Assembly (NCBI GenBank): GCA_951406725.2
Contig: OX597828.1
Coordinates: forward strand, 16,802,001 to 16,866,000
Source of the DNA: Octopus vulgaris
Lineage: Eukaryota
Direction: 5' to 3'
DNA length: 64,000 nucleotides
A program made the position numbers and the translations under genes. The number at the start of each line of letters is the position of its first letter. Position 1 is the first letter of the stretch. The notes beneath the pieces are model-generated. The model saw only the letters and a program-made list of their open reading frames with translations. It was not told the origin of the DNA and did not search any database. Positions 26,605 through 38,679 of the stretch are shown one piece after another.

Positions 26605-26812
26605 CTCTTTACTCTTTTACTTGTTTCAGTCATTTGACTGCGGCCATGCTGGAGCACCGCCTTTAGTCGAGCAGCTCGACCCCGGGACTTATTCTTTTTG
26701 TAAGCCCAGTACTTATTCTATCGGTCTCTTTTTGCCGAACCGCTAAGTGACGGGGACGTAAACACACCAGCATCGGTTGTCAAGCAATGCTAGGGGAACA
26801 AACACAGACACA

Positions 26813-26866
<54 letters not shown>

Positions 26867-27029
26867 CGACAGGCTTCTTTCAGTTTCCGTCTACCAAATC
26901 TACTCACAAGGCATTGGTCGGCCCGGGGCTATAGTAGAAGACACTTGCCCAAGATGCCACGCAGTGGGACTGAACCCGGAACCATGTGGTTGGTTAGCAA
27001 GCTAATTACCACACAGCCGCTCCTGCGCC
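26605..27029 (-). mobile_element. SINE family A, full length
   Basis: Complete head (GGCGCAGGAGCGGCTGTGTGGTAA..GGGTTCAGTCCC) to tail (CTGAAACAAGTAAAAGAGTAAAGA). Confidence 0.92.
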
Positions 27030-27078
27030 TAATCATAATAGTTCTACAAGATCCGGGGTAAAATAGCAACAGGAACGC

Positions 27079-27277
27079 GGCGGCGAGCTGGCAGAAATGT
27101 TAGCACGCCGGGCGAAATGCGTAGCCGTATTTCGTCGGCCGTTACTTTCTGAGTTCAAATTCAGCCGAGGTCTCTTTCGCCGCACCGCTAAGTTACAGGG
27201 ACGTAAACACATCAGCATCGGTCGTCAAGTGATCCTGAGTGGACAAACACAGACACCCAAACATATACATACATTTG

Positions 27278-27338
<61 letters not shown>

Positions 27339-27510
27339 GCATATATACCACGGGCATCTTTCAGTTTCCGTCTACCAAATCCACTCACAATGCTTTGCTC
27401 GCCTCGAGGCTATAGTAGAAGACACTTGCACAAGGTGACACGTAGTGGGTCTGAACCCGAAACCATGAGGTTGGTAAGCAAGCTACTTACCACACAGCCA
27501 CTCCTACGCC
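27079..27510. mobile_element. Chimera of SINE B head (+) and SINE A 5' two-thirds (-)
   Basis: B sequence ends at GCCGAGGTC and continues as A sequence (GGTC)TCTTTCGCCG..CCGCTAAGTTAC. Confidence 0.8.
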
Positions 27511-28189
27511 TATCTAGTTCATATCTTTTGATATTTTTAAGTACTTTCATTTTTGGATGGGTTATTTTGTTTATTTTTCCTGTTATGCAAACTGTAAAAT
27601 TTATCCCAAACAACTTCTTATATTTTTATACATACTCTCATGCGCATGCACAGACATGTGCACTAATATTTGTGCACAGATATGCGCAAGCATACACATA
27701 AACATACAAATACTTATGGTAATCAATTTGCGTGCCTGGGATCGTGTTTTATTTATAGCTATCTTTATTATTTTGTTAAGATATACTCTGTGTAGGAGAT
27801 TATTTATACTTCAAAGGAGAGAGTGAGCGAAAGATGGGGGTGAAGAGGAAGGAAAGAAAATGAGAGAGAGAGAGTGGCAGAGGAAGGATATGAGAGGGAG
27901 AGAGAGAGTGAAATGGAGTGAGCGAGTGTGATGGTGGAGGCCATAAAATGGGATGGAAAAGGGTTAGCGAGAGAGGCGGGGAGAATAGGGTAGGGTGCGG
28001 AAATAAAAATGAAGAAAGAGAAGAGAAAGGGGTGAAAAACGTTAGAGAGAACAAGAGAGAGTAGAGAGAATGTGTCAAGAGAGAGAAATATATGTGCTTA
28101 TAGACATAATCCCACATGTATATAATACACGCACACATGCACCCCCACCACACACAGATTAATATATATGCATTTGTGTATGTATGTAT

Positions 28190-28233
<44 letters not shown>

Positions 28234-28265
28234 ATATATATATATATATATATCTATATCTATCT

Positions 28266-28302
<37 letters not shown>

Positions 28303-28428
28303 GGAGCCAGGCATCTTGCAGCTCACCTGCGACGGCGTCCCGTCCAGGTGGGGAACCTATACGCCAAGGAAACCGGGAATCCGATCCAGTGAGCCGGGCG
28401 TGGCTCGAGATGGAACAAACAACAACAA
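28303..28428 (+). mobile_element. SINE family D2, 3' fragment
   Basis: GCATCTTGCAGCTCACCTGCGACGG..CCAGGTGGGGAACCTATACGCCAAGGAAACCGGG. Confidence 0.8.
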
Positions 28429-28465
28429 TATATATCTCTCTCTCTCTATATATATATATACATAT

Positions 28466-28516
28466 CAGCATGGCCACAGCTCATAAGCTGAAACTAGAAT
28501 CAATCAATCAATCAAT

Positions 28517-28520
<4 letters not shown>
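28466..28520 (+). mobile_element. Extreme 3' end of a LINE or SINE with (AATC)n tail
   Basis: CAGCATGGCCA-CAGCT-CATA-AGCTG-AAAC-TAG(AATC)n; same motif as the family A and Proto2-like tails. Confidence 0.65.
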
Positions 28521-28591
<71 letters not shown>

Positions 28592-28631
28592 TACAATATG
28601 TATGTATATTTACAATATATTCACATATATA

Positions 28632-29027
28632 GGCGCAGGTGTTTCCCAAACCATGTGGTTCTGCATTCAGTTCCGCTCTGTAGAGACCTTGGGCAAGTGT
28701 CTTCTACTATAGCCCCCGGCCTCGACCAAAGCCTTTGGGAGTGGATTTGGTAAACGGAACTTGAAAGAAGCCTGTCGTATGTATGTATATATATATATAT
28801 TCATGTGGGTATGTGTGTGTATATACGTGTGTGTGTGTTTTGTGTGTGTGTTTGTCCCTACACAATCATTTGACGACCGATGTGTGTTAACGTGCCCGAA
28901 ACTTAATGGTTTGGCAAAAAGGATTGATAGAATAAGTACCAGGCTTACAAGTCCAGGCGTTGATTTCTTTGACTAGAAGGCGGGGCTCCAGTAGGGCCAC
29001 TGACAAGATTACTGAAACAAGTAAAAG
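28632..29027 (+). mobile_element. SINE family A, diverged
   Basis: ACCTTGGGCAAGTGTCTTCTACTATAGCC..GTGGATTTGGTAAACGGAAC..ACTGAAACAAGTAAAAG. Confidence 0.85.
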
Positions 29028-29077
29028 TGTAAAATATACATTATATACATGTAAGAGAATAAAAAATATTATATGCT

Positions 29078-29079
<2 letters not shown>

Positions 29080-29136
<57 letters not shown>

Positions 29137-29141
29137 GTATA

Positions 29142-29191
<50 letters not shown>

Positions 29192-29282
29192 CATATATAT
29201 AAATCATATACACATACGTACATATATATATATGCATATACAAATATAAATATATATACAAATGCATATATATATATATGTG

Positions 29283-29337
<55 letters not shown>

Positions 29338-29386
29338 GTATATATATATGTATATATATATATATATGTATATATATATGTATATA

Positions 29387-29440
<54 letters not shown>
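29080..29440. repeat. Long interrupted (TA)n
   Basis: Direct reading. Confidence 0.95.
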
Positions 29441-29441
<1 letters not shown>

Positions 29442-29746
29442 CTATACACATTTACACACATACACATATATATGATAGAGACAGAGAGAGAGAAGATGAG
29501 AGAGGGCGGAAGATACAGAGAGAACTGTGAAGAATGAGACTACGTGATTGAGCCATATTACAGCTGAGGATTGACTTTAATCAAATTTAAAATGGTGATA
29601 ATGGAATTCTTTGATCCGGTGCTATCTTGCTTATCTTGGGCTTAAGTCCTAATAGTCCTTCAAAGCATCTCTAAATTTACATATATGGAATCGAAGAATG
29701 GTGTGTTTAATAATATTAAACTTCACGTATTATGAGTTCAGGGAAC

Positions 29747-29778
<32 letters not shown>

Positions 29779-30021
29779 GCATATGCGGTGTAAAGCGGGA
29801 CACATAGCGAGAAGGGAAAGATGATGAGTAATGCATTCCATTCTCCACTCCTTTATCCATCTGGGTGATGAGCATGAAACCAAAGGGTTGACTAATGCAT
29901 GGAATACAAGCTACTTAATGCTAATAAGAAAATACATGATAAAAACATTTGGGTATTTTAAGCTTTTAAGCTACAGATATCATGCATACTGTATTTTATT
30001 ACTATAATATAATATATCATC

Positions 30022-30290
30022 TGTGGAAGCACATAGTCGAGGGGTCACGAGTTCGAATCTCAGACCGAGCGATACGTGTGCTTATGAGCGAAACACCTAA
30101 GCTCCACGTGGCTACGGAAGAAGGTAATGGCGAACTTCTGCTGACTCTTTCGCCACAACTTTCTCTCACTCTTTCATCTTGAAGTTCACTTGTGACGGAA
30201 CGGTGTCCCGTCGAGGTGGGGAACCTATACACCAAGGAAACAGTGAAACCGGTCCTATGAGCCAGGGAAGGCTCGAGAAGGAACAAACAA
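30022..30290 (+). mobile_element. SINE family D2
   Basis: GAGTTCGAATCTCAGACCG..GAGCGAAACACCTAAGCTCCACG..GGCTCGAGAAGGAACAAACAA. Confidence 0.85.
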
Positions 30291-30307
30291 TATAGTATCT
30301 ATCTGCA

Positions 30308-30713
30308 TTCTTTTATTCTTTTACTTGTTTCAGTCATTTTACTGCGCCCATGCTGGAGTACCGCATTTAGTTGAACAAATCAATCTCTCGATTTATTCTT
30401 TATAACCCTAGTAATTATGCTATCGGTTCTTTCGCCGAGCGGCTAGATTAAGGGGACGTAAACACACCAACATATGTTGTCAAGCAATGGTGGGGGAGAC
30501 AAATAGAGACATACAAATTCACATACATACACACACGTACACACACACACATACATATACGACGGGCTTCTTTCATTGGCCGTCTACCAAATCCACTCAC
30601 AAGGATTTGGTTGGCTTGAGGTTATATTAGTATACACTTGTATAAGGTGCCTCGGAGTAAGACTGAACCCGGGACCAAGTGGTTGGGAATCAAGCTTCTT
30701 ACCACACAGCCAC
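30308..30713 (-). mobile_element. SINE family A, diverged
   Basis: Family A head and tail motifs. Confidence 0.85.
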
Positions 30714-30974
30714 ATACGAGTGAGTGGAGGTACGAAAGTGTTCCTGAACATTCTAAGTTATTACATATTCTATTATTTAAAACTAGTTGACTCGGACCCT
30801 CACAAGTTAAAGAAAGTGGACAGGTTACAGGAAATTAGCTCATTGGGCTCAAACGGCCGAATCAAGCTTGACCGTCGTATTCGTAGTGAGAGACCATTTT
30901 TGCTAACACCATCAAACACCTCCTGCACACAAACACATACACGCGCGTGCACAATCACAGATACTAACACATAC

Positions 30975-31204
30975 AAGGCGAGCTGGCAGAAACGTTAGCA
31001 TGCTGGGCGAAATGCATAGCCGTATTTCGTCTGCCTCTACGTTCTGAGTTCAAATTCCGCCGTGGTCGACTTCGCCTTTCATCCTTTCGGGGTCGATAAA
31101 TTAAGTACCAGTTACGCACTGGGGTCGATGTAATCGACTTAATCCGTTTGTCTGTCCTTGTTTGTCCCGTCTGTGTTTAGCCCCTTGTGGGTAGTAAAGA
31201 AATA
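30975..31204 (+). mobile_element. SINE family B, full length
   Basis: GGCGAGCTGGCAGAAACGTTAGC..TTCATCCTTTCGGGGTCGATAAATTAAGTACCAG..GTAAAGAAATA. Confidence 0.9.
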
Positions 31205-31549
31205 GATACTAACACATACACAAATATACACGAAAACAAACATGTATACATTATGAAGATATAGTCAAAATCCAAGGTTTGTCCTCTTGAAGTACATCCG
31301 CTAATTTCTGTATTCCAAGTCCGTATATCGATGTATTTGCGTGAGTTATGTATGCATAAGAATTGAATATACTGGAAAATATATTCTGCAGAATTATTAT
31401 TTATCAAATCAGGAGATTGGACAATTTCTTAGTATTATTTTATACACCATAACACATCTTTTACTTGATAATACACGATACAACATGTAGGATAAGACAT
31501 TTAAGAGTTTTCCTATAAGAAGCTCTTGAGACAGAGCATCAAATAATAC

Positions 31550-31618
31550 CTTCTTCTTCTTCTTCTTCTTCTTCTTCTTCTTCTTCTTCTTCTTCTTCTT
31601 CTTCTTCTTCTTCTTCTT

Positions 31619-31704
<86 letters not shown>

Positions 31705-31741
31705 CATTATTATAATAATAATAATAATAATAATAATTATT

Positions 31742-31788
<47 letters not shown>

Positions 31789-31789
31789 A

Positions 31790-31843
<54 letters not shown>
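31550..31843. repeat. (CTT)n directly fused to (ATT)n
   Basis: Direct reading. Confidence 0.95.
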
Positions 31844-31845
<2 letters not shown>

Positions 31846-31978
31846 ATTCTCTACAGAATTTCTAATATGAGATATTTTAAGTGTTTTCTACTTACTTGTA
31901 CAATATTGTAACGTCTATCAGCAAACGAAACATGTGTAATGCTGAAAGCATACCCCCAAATTGTTTAATCTCCCGTTA

Positions 31979-32037
<59 letters not shown>

Positions 32038-32061
32038 CATACATATATATATATACATACA

Positions 32062-32102
<41 letters not shown>

Positions 32103-32716
32103 TCCCGTGACTGTCATCTTCTACATTCCTACCATAAAGCTTCATTTCCACACACGGCAGCTTAATTTAACTCGTCCTTAGTCTAAAGGCACCTGTTGTT
32201 TATATTTGTAATTGTGTACTATTTCTCCGTTTTTTTTTCGTCCGTGTATATTCGCTTGCTTTCTTCCAAAGATTTTCTTGGGGCCGGCCAGATTAGAGCA
32301 GTCTCAAGAGTAACTGGCCGAAACTGCGAAGACGATCTTGGTACTCGACAGAAGATTAAAAGTTCCGAATGACCCGTCTTTTTTTGCTTCCTGTCATTTT
32401 TTGTATCATCTAAGTGTCCGAATGTGTTGTTGTCGCCTGTTACGTTCTTGTTCCATTTTTTCTTACATATGCATATAATGACATACGTGCATTTTGGTCT
32501 CCTGTATGTAAGTACATATATATTTATCTACATTCTGTACAACTCTTCTACTCTTTTCTTTTTTGTCTTTTTTTCTCTTTGCTTCGGCACCTTCACACCT
32601 TCTTCGTTCCTACTACTTTACATTTTCTCGCTCCCACTATATTCGAATGAGGGGAAGACCAAGAGAGGGTGGGAGCGAGAAAAAGAGAAAAGAAATGAGT
32701 AGAAGAGTCGTACAGA

Positions 32717-32773
<57 letters not shown>

Positions 32774-32910
32774 CATGTATGTATATATGTATGTATGTAT
32801 AAATATACATATACATATATATATATATATACGCACACACACACATATATATTTACATATATATATGTACAAGGACACACAGACAAATATATACATATAC
32901 ATACATACAT

Positions 32911-32973
<63 letters not shown>

Positions 32974-33422
32974 CTCACACTTTTGCATTTCTGAGTTTGG
33001 ACTTCGGTTTGGGAGGTTGACTTTGTTATAGGTTTCCCCATCCAGTGATGTGCTCTTAATATCAGTGTTAGGTCCTGTAAATTTCACTGTTGAAGCTATG
33101 TGAAAGAGAAGGCGTTTAGGACAATGTTGTGCACACTAAATGTCACTTCTGCAATGTCTTTCCTAATCAGTGAAGTAGAATAACAACAATAGGTACACCA
33201 ACATGTCGTTTAAAGTTGGCAGTTGTTTTTTTTCTAAGCGAGAATTAGCATTAAAAAAAAATCGTTTAATTCACCATTGAAGCCGTTTTCAGCAGTTGCA
33301 TTCTTGTAAATATAAAATGTAAAACCGAAATGCCTATATCATGCTAAGGAAAACTGAGTGCATACGTGTGTGTGTGTGCATGTGTATGTGTGTGCGTGTG
33401 TGAGGGTGGTCGTATATAGATG

Positions 33423-33457
<35 letters not shown>

Positions 33458-33472
33458 CCCCCACACACACAT

Positions 33473-33516
<44 letters not shown>

Positions 33517-33544
33517 CGTTTGCACACAGCATATATATATATAT

Positions 33545-34811
33545 AAAACTTAGATAAAACTTAGATATGTTTCGACCAGAGATTGGTCCAGGCCATGTCT
33601 AACTTAATAGCACCACCTGATAGGATTATTCGAATCCTGTTTAAGTCAAGTTTTGTTCAAGTAGTGAGTTCTTGTTGGGTGAGTTGTATCCAGTTTTGTT
33701 CAAGTAGTGAGTTCTTGTTGGGTGAGTTGTATCCAATTATGGGTGGCTTGTCTGGTATTCTTTGAAGGAATCTATCCAGACTCTGTTTGAAGTTGATGGG
33801 ATCCTTTTCCTCTTTGATCTCCCTCGGGACAATGTTAAATAGGGCAGGGCCTATTGAGGAAAAGAAATTATGTTGCAGTGTACATGTATGTTGTGATCTT
33901 GAATTTGGCAGGGGACGTATAGCCCGTGGTCCAAGTCTCGGATGAACCTTGAAGCTAATGTTTAGGTCGTTTGGGCAAAGTTGGCGGTATATTTTCCACA
34001 TCGTACAAATGATGTACCGCTCACGGCGACGCTGGAGGGAGTAAAGTTTCAAGGCTTTAAGGCGATCCCAATAGTCGAGAGCAGCCATGCCTTCAATTTG
34101 TTTAGTAAGAGCCCTCTGGGGTGACTCAATTCTGGAGATGTTTTGTCTTGTGTGAGGAGACCACAGTGGGCAGCAGTATTCAAGGTGTGGCCGTACAAAG
34201 GATGAAAAAAGTGGTATGATGACACCTTGTTCTCTGGACCGGAAAGTTCTTAAGATCCAGGAACTCATCCTACGAGCTGTATCGACCTTCTTGTTGATGT
34301 GTGCACTCCAACTGAGATCGTCATCAACAATTACACCCAGGTCTCTGATATTGTTGGAGGCTGTGAGCGGTTCCCCTGAAGGAAGGGAGTATGGTTGTTT
34401 TAGTGAGGAATTTCTTCCAAAATGCATCAGCTCAAATTTTCCCTCATTCAGTTGCATTTTGTTTCTGTCTGCCCATTGACTCACAGCATATAGGTCAGAC
34501 TGGAGTTGAGTTCGGTCTGCTTCTTCATTGACGATTTGCTGGAGCTTAGTGTCATCAGCGAATATTTTCACTTTGCAGTGATGTACGACACTGGAAAGGT
34601 CGTTTACATAAATTATGAAGAGTAGCGGACCCAAAACAGTTCCCTGGGGAACACCGCTGGTGACTTTTGCTGGGTTTGAGTGGACTCCATCAACTACAAC
34701 ATGTTGTGTTCTATTCGCTAGGAAATACTGAATCCAGTGTAGAACTTTTCCACGGATTCCAACATTTGCCAATTTTGAGAGTAGGATGTTATGGTCTACC
34801 CTGTCGAACGG
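33545..34811 (-). mobile_element. 5'-truncated non-LTR retrotransposon (Proto2/CR1-group-like) with uninterrupted RT frame
   Basis: FDRVDH..SGVPQGTVLGPLLFIIYVNDL..FADDTKL..RDLGV..FVRPHLEYCCPLWSP..LYSLQRRRERY..LDRFLQRIPDKP; ~385 codons without a stop; tandem tail (TATCTAAGTTT)2; both ends abut (TA)n. The first ~100 aa of the listed 484-aa ORF are microsatellite. Clade call is from remembered motifs. Confidence 0.92.
33649..33734. repeat. Perfect 43-bp tandem duplication at the LINE ORF end
   Basis: AGTTTTGTTCAAGTAGTGAGTTCTTGTTGGGTGAGTTGTATCC x2. Confidence 0.95.
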
Positions 34812-35062
34812 TATATATATATATATATATATGTATATATCTACATATATATATATATGTAGATAGAAATATATATGCGTATATATATGCATACATATAT
34901 ATATATACATACATATGTATATATTTGTGTGTGTGTGCGCGTGTGTTAATATAAAGGTATATAAATATTTATACATATATATATACATATAAAAATATAA
35001 TAAATATAAATATTTATATTCATATTTATTTACATATACAAATATAAATAAATATAAATATT

Positions 35063-35102
<40 letters not shown>

Positions 35103-36081
35103 TATATTCATATTTATTTATATATACAAATATATATAAATATAAATATAATTATACGCACACGCACACACATATATAGCATGTATGTCGGGTGAGTAAG
35201 GATTGATTGATTATGTGAACAAAAAAAAAGCGTACAGTTCGTTCCCACGCATATTTGATCTATTGAAAAATGATATATCCAATAAATTCTTTGGTCTCCT
35301 TTTCATAATCTTTACTTATTTCATTCTCTGTTATTTATATACTTATTTGTTATGGCTGCTATATATATATATATATATCTGTGTGTGTGTGTGTGTGTTT
35401 ATGTATGTATATAAATATATATATTTATGATCTATTTATTGTATTATTTATTTGATATTTTTAAACTTTTTCATCTTAACAGTTCCGGCATTGGCAAAGC
35501 GAAACATTTTAATATCTAGGTATTAAGTTTGATTTTTATCTATTTTTAGAAAATATTCCTCAATATAGAAATGAAAGATTGTACGTGTTTCAAATTTTCT
35601 TACTCATCTGACGAAAGCTTAATTACTAAATTGAATAAGAAAATCGGAGTATCACAGATTACTTAGAATTACCCACCAAGCAATAATTTTTTTCTTTGAA
35701 ATGTTGTTACAAGACCAGCAACGTACTTTTGAGCGGAGGCGAAAAGTCAATTACGCCGACCCGAATAACTGACTAGAAAATTTTTTACCTAAGTCGAACT
35801 CGTCGGATTGTGAAGTTAGGTAAAATCAGAAAACGTATCCAAGGTAACACATATTGGAATCGAATATGGGATAACATGAATGCAAAATGAACTCAGTACA
35901 AAGTGAATTCAATACAGTTGGAGAAGTGAGTCCCATTGTCCTGGTTTCACATCTCTTGTAAAAATGAATATCAACGACAATACTTTAGGATCGGTTCCTT
36001 TGGTTATGTCCCTTTTTACATAAAATGCGTTTATACCAGAGAGCTGGCTGAGATTATGACTATATACATATCAACAAAAGT

Positions 36082-36310
36082 CGGCAAGCTGGCAGAAACG
36101 TTAGCGCGCCGGGCGAAATGCTTAGCGGTATTTCGTCTGTCGTTACGTTCTGAGTTCAAATTCCGCCGAGGTCGACTTTGCCTTTCAAACTTTCGGGGTC
36201 GATAAATTAAGTACCAGTTCCGCATTGGGATCGATGTAATCGACTTAATCCCTTTGTCTGTCTTTGTTTGTCCCCTCTATTTTTAGCCCTTTGTGTGCAG
36301 TAAAGAAATA
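36082..36310 (+). mobile_element. SINE family B, full length
   Basis: Near-identical to 30975-31204. Confidence 0.9.
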
Positions 36311-37359
36311 TATATATATATATATATATATCAACATTTCAGTTTATCACCCTAACGTTCTTAGTTTATTTCTCTCTCGGTATGATTTTGAATTTTAATA
36401 GCCGCAAATGCCACCGAATTATGTTGCTAGAATATATTGCAAATAATTCGATCAACTATATTCTATTGTTATCAATTATATTCTCCGATCTTTTCGCCAG
36501 GAAAAAGAAAAAGGTACAAAAGAAACTGTAAAAAAAACAAACAAAAGATAGGAAAATTATTTTCTGAAGAAGATATGTCTGGAACGTAGACAACTGAAGA
36601 AAGCCATTAAGGAAATAGGCACGACCGCTGAAACTAGCTCAAGATGGCTACAGCTGATAAGAGACTGCAAGTAGAACGCTTCCGTAGGTGAAGACTAGCT
36701 CAATCTTCGCTGCCCAACTCAGGCTAAGGGGCGAAACGCTTATGACTTTGAGACACATGCTGGCAATACGGAAAGGTTTCCAGCGTTTCACTGGATTTAG
36801 AAGATTTTGCAAAACCTCTGAGTATCTCCTGTAGTTTCTTCGTAGGTCAAAGCAAGCATCTCTGATGACTTATTCACCTAATCAGAAATACGGTAATGGT
36901 AAAATATATTGGGAGGTTTACCAATCTTTATATTTTAAGTTCATATCCCTCAGAAATTTATTATATCTCTCACGGAATTCCAGATTGTTAAAAATAATAC
37001 CAGTCATACACAGGGATCCTAATGCGAGTCATATAAAAGTGAATGAAGTTATGTATGTAGGTTCCAATGTGCACGCCATAGATTTTGACTCCTCGGCAAC
37101 TGATATTAATATTAGAAGCACATCCCTTCTAGGAAAAGATCATTGGCTGTGTACCTTTTATTTTCTGACAGAAAACTTAAAATTCTGTATACCACAATGA
37201 ATATCAGTAAACATTAGCAATCGTATGATTAAGAAAAATAATTCTCTGAGACCAATTATCCAAAGTAGTATAGCATTATCAGAATAGAATAAAGTTTTCT
37301 ACAAAAAATGTTGTCTATATTTTTCTTTTATTTTAGTTTGTATATTTGTCTAATCTTTA

Positions 37360-37530
37360 GCAAAACTGGGGCAAAATGTTTACCGGCATTTTGTCCGGGT
37401 TCAAATTTCATTCAGGTCGACTTTACCTTTCGTGCTATTGAGGTCAATAAAATGAGTACAAGTTGAGTAGTGGGGTGGATGTAATCGACTTACTCCCGAA
37501 ATTAGTGGCCTTGTGACACAATTTGAAATC
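37360..37530 (+). mobile_element. SINE family B, degenerate
   Basis: GGTTCAAATTTC..GGTCGACTTT..AAATGAGTAC..GATGTAATCGACTT..GGCCTTGTG. Confidence 0.6.
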
Positions 37531-37717
37531 CATATTTATCCAGCATTTTTCATGGAGGTTATTATCACCCATTTCCTGAACTGTTTCGAAGCAACAATTC
37601 TTAATGAATCAACATTCCCGGATCAACTGAAAATAATGAACAACTTCTTTAAGTAATTTATCTGAAATATAGTGATTTTGTTTTTTGATTTATATTTATC
37701 TGCTGTATTATTAAACT

Positions 37718-38024
37718 TGGAAGCACATGGCCTAGTGGTTAGAGCAGCGGACTTGCGCTCGAGAGATCGCGGTTTCGAATCTCAGACCGAATGATGTGTG
37801 TGTTTATGGGCGAAACACCTCAGCTACACGCGGCTCCGGCAGAAGGTAATGGCGAACTTCTGTTAACTCTTTCGCCACAACCTTCTCTCTTTCCACTCTC
37901 TTCTCCTGCATCGTACAGCTCACCTGCGATGGACGGATGTCCCGTCCAGGTGGGGAACCTATACGCCAAGGACACTGGGAAACCGGCCTTTATGAGCAAA
38001 GCCTGGATCGAGAAGGAGCAAACA
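37718..38024 (+). mobile_element. SINE family D2, full length
   Basis: TGGCCTAGTGGTTAGAGCAGCGG (A-box-like)..GGTTTCGAATCTC (B-box-like)..CCTGCGATGGACGG..GAGAAGGAGCAAACAA. Confidence 0.88.
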
Positions 38025-38062
38025 ATTATTAAAACCATTTGTTACTAAGTACGGTTAATGGC

Positions 38063-38320
38063 GTGGAGGCGCATGGCTTAGTGGTTAGGGTATCAGCACC
38101 ATAATCGTAAGATTGTTGTTTCGATTCCTGTACCGGGCGACGAGTTGTGTTCTTGAGCAAAACACTTCATTTCACGTTGCTCCAGTCCACTCAGCTAGCA
38201 AAACTGAGTTACGCTGCGACGGACTGGCGTCCCGTCCAGCGGGAGAACACATACGTCATAGAAACCGGGAAACCGGACCCATGAGCCTGGCTAGGCTTTA
38301 AAAGGGCGCATTTATTATTA
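38063..38320 (+). mobile_element. SINE family E (C-type head plus D2-like tail)
   Basis: TGGCTTAGTGGTTAGGG..GTTCTTGAGCAAAACACTTCATTTCACGTTGCTCCAGTCCACTCAGC..CTGCGACGGACTGGCGTCCCGTCCAG. Confidence 0.85.
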
Positions 38321-38679
38321 TTTTTATGGTTAATAGCGTCGATATTTGTCCAAATTGTAATCACTTAAGCGTGATATCGAATTCAGCAGTTATCTAGGTT
38401 CGATTACAATTTAAAGTTATTTCACTTCACCTAAGAACAAAATATCTCCAGAGATACGTTTAAACATCGCAATAAATCGTTTCTTATATTCAGTACATAT
38501 GATACCTTGAACAAATCATAAGATTTCATTATTTTAGATGTAAATATGGAGCTCTATCGGATTCTAGGATGAGTATTTCCGTCATTTGTGCAAGTGAACT
38601 CCTCACATATTGACTTGTTAATTAAGGTTAAATAAGTCAACAGACAAATGTACCCTTATTTTAATTCTGCTGCAGAATT

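Noticed and set aside
32286-32330. GGCCAG...CTGGCC-GAAAC stem
   Set aside because: No CUGANGA strand upstream.
34812-35111. N-terminal part of the 484-aa ORF
   Set aside because: It is (TA)n-derived read-through; the LINE is 5'-truncated and has no native start or endonuclease.
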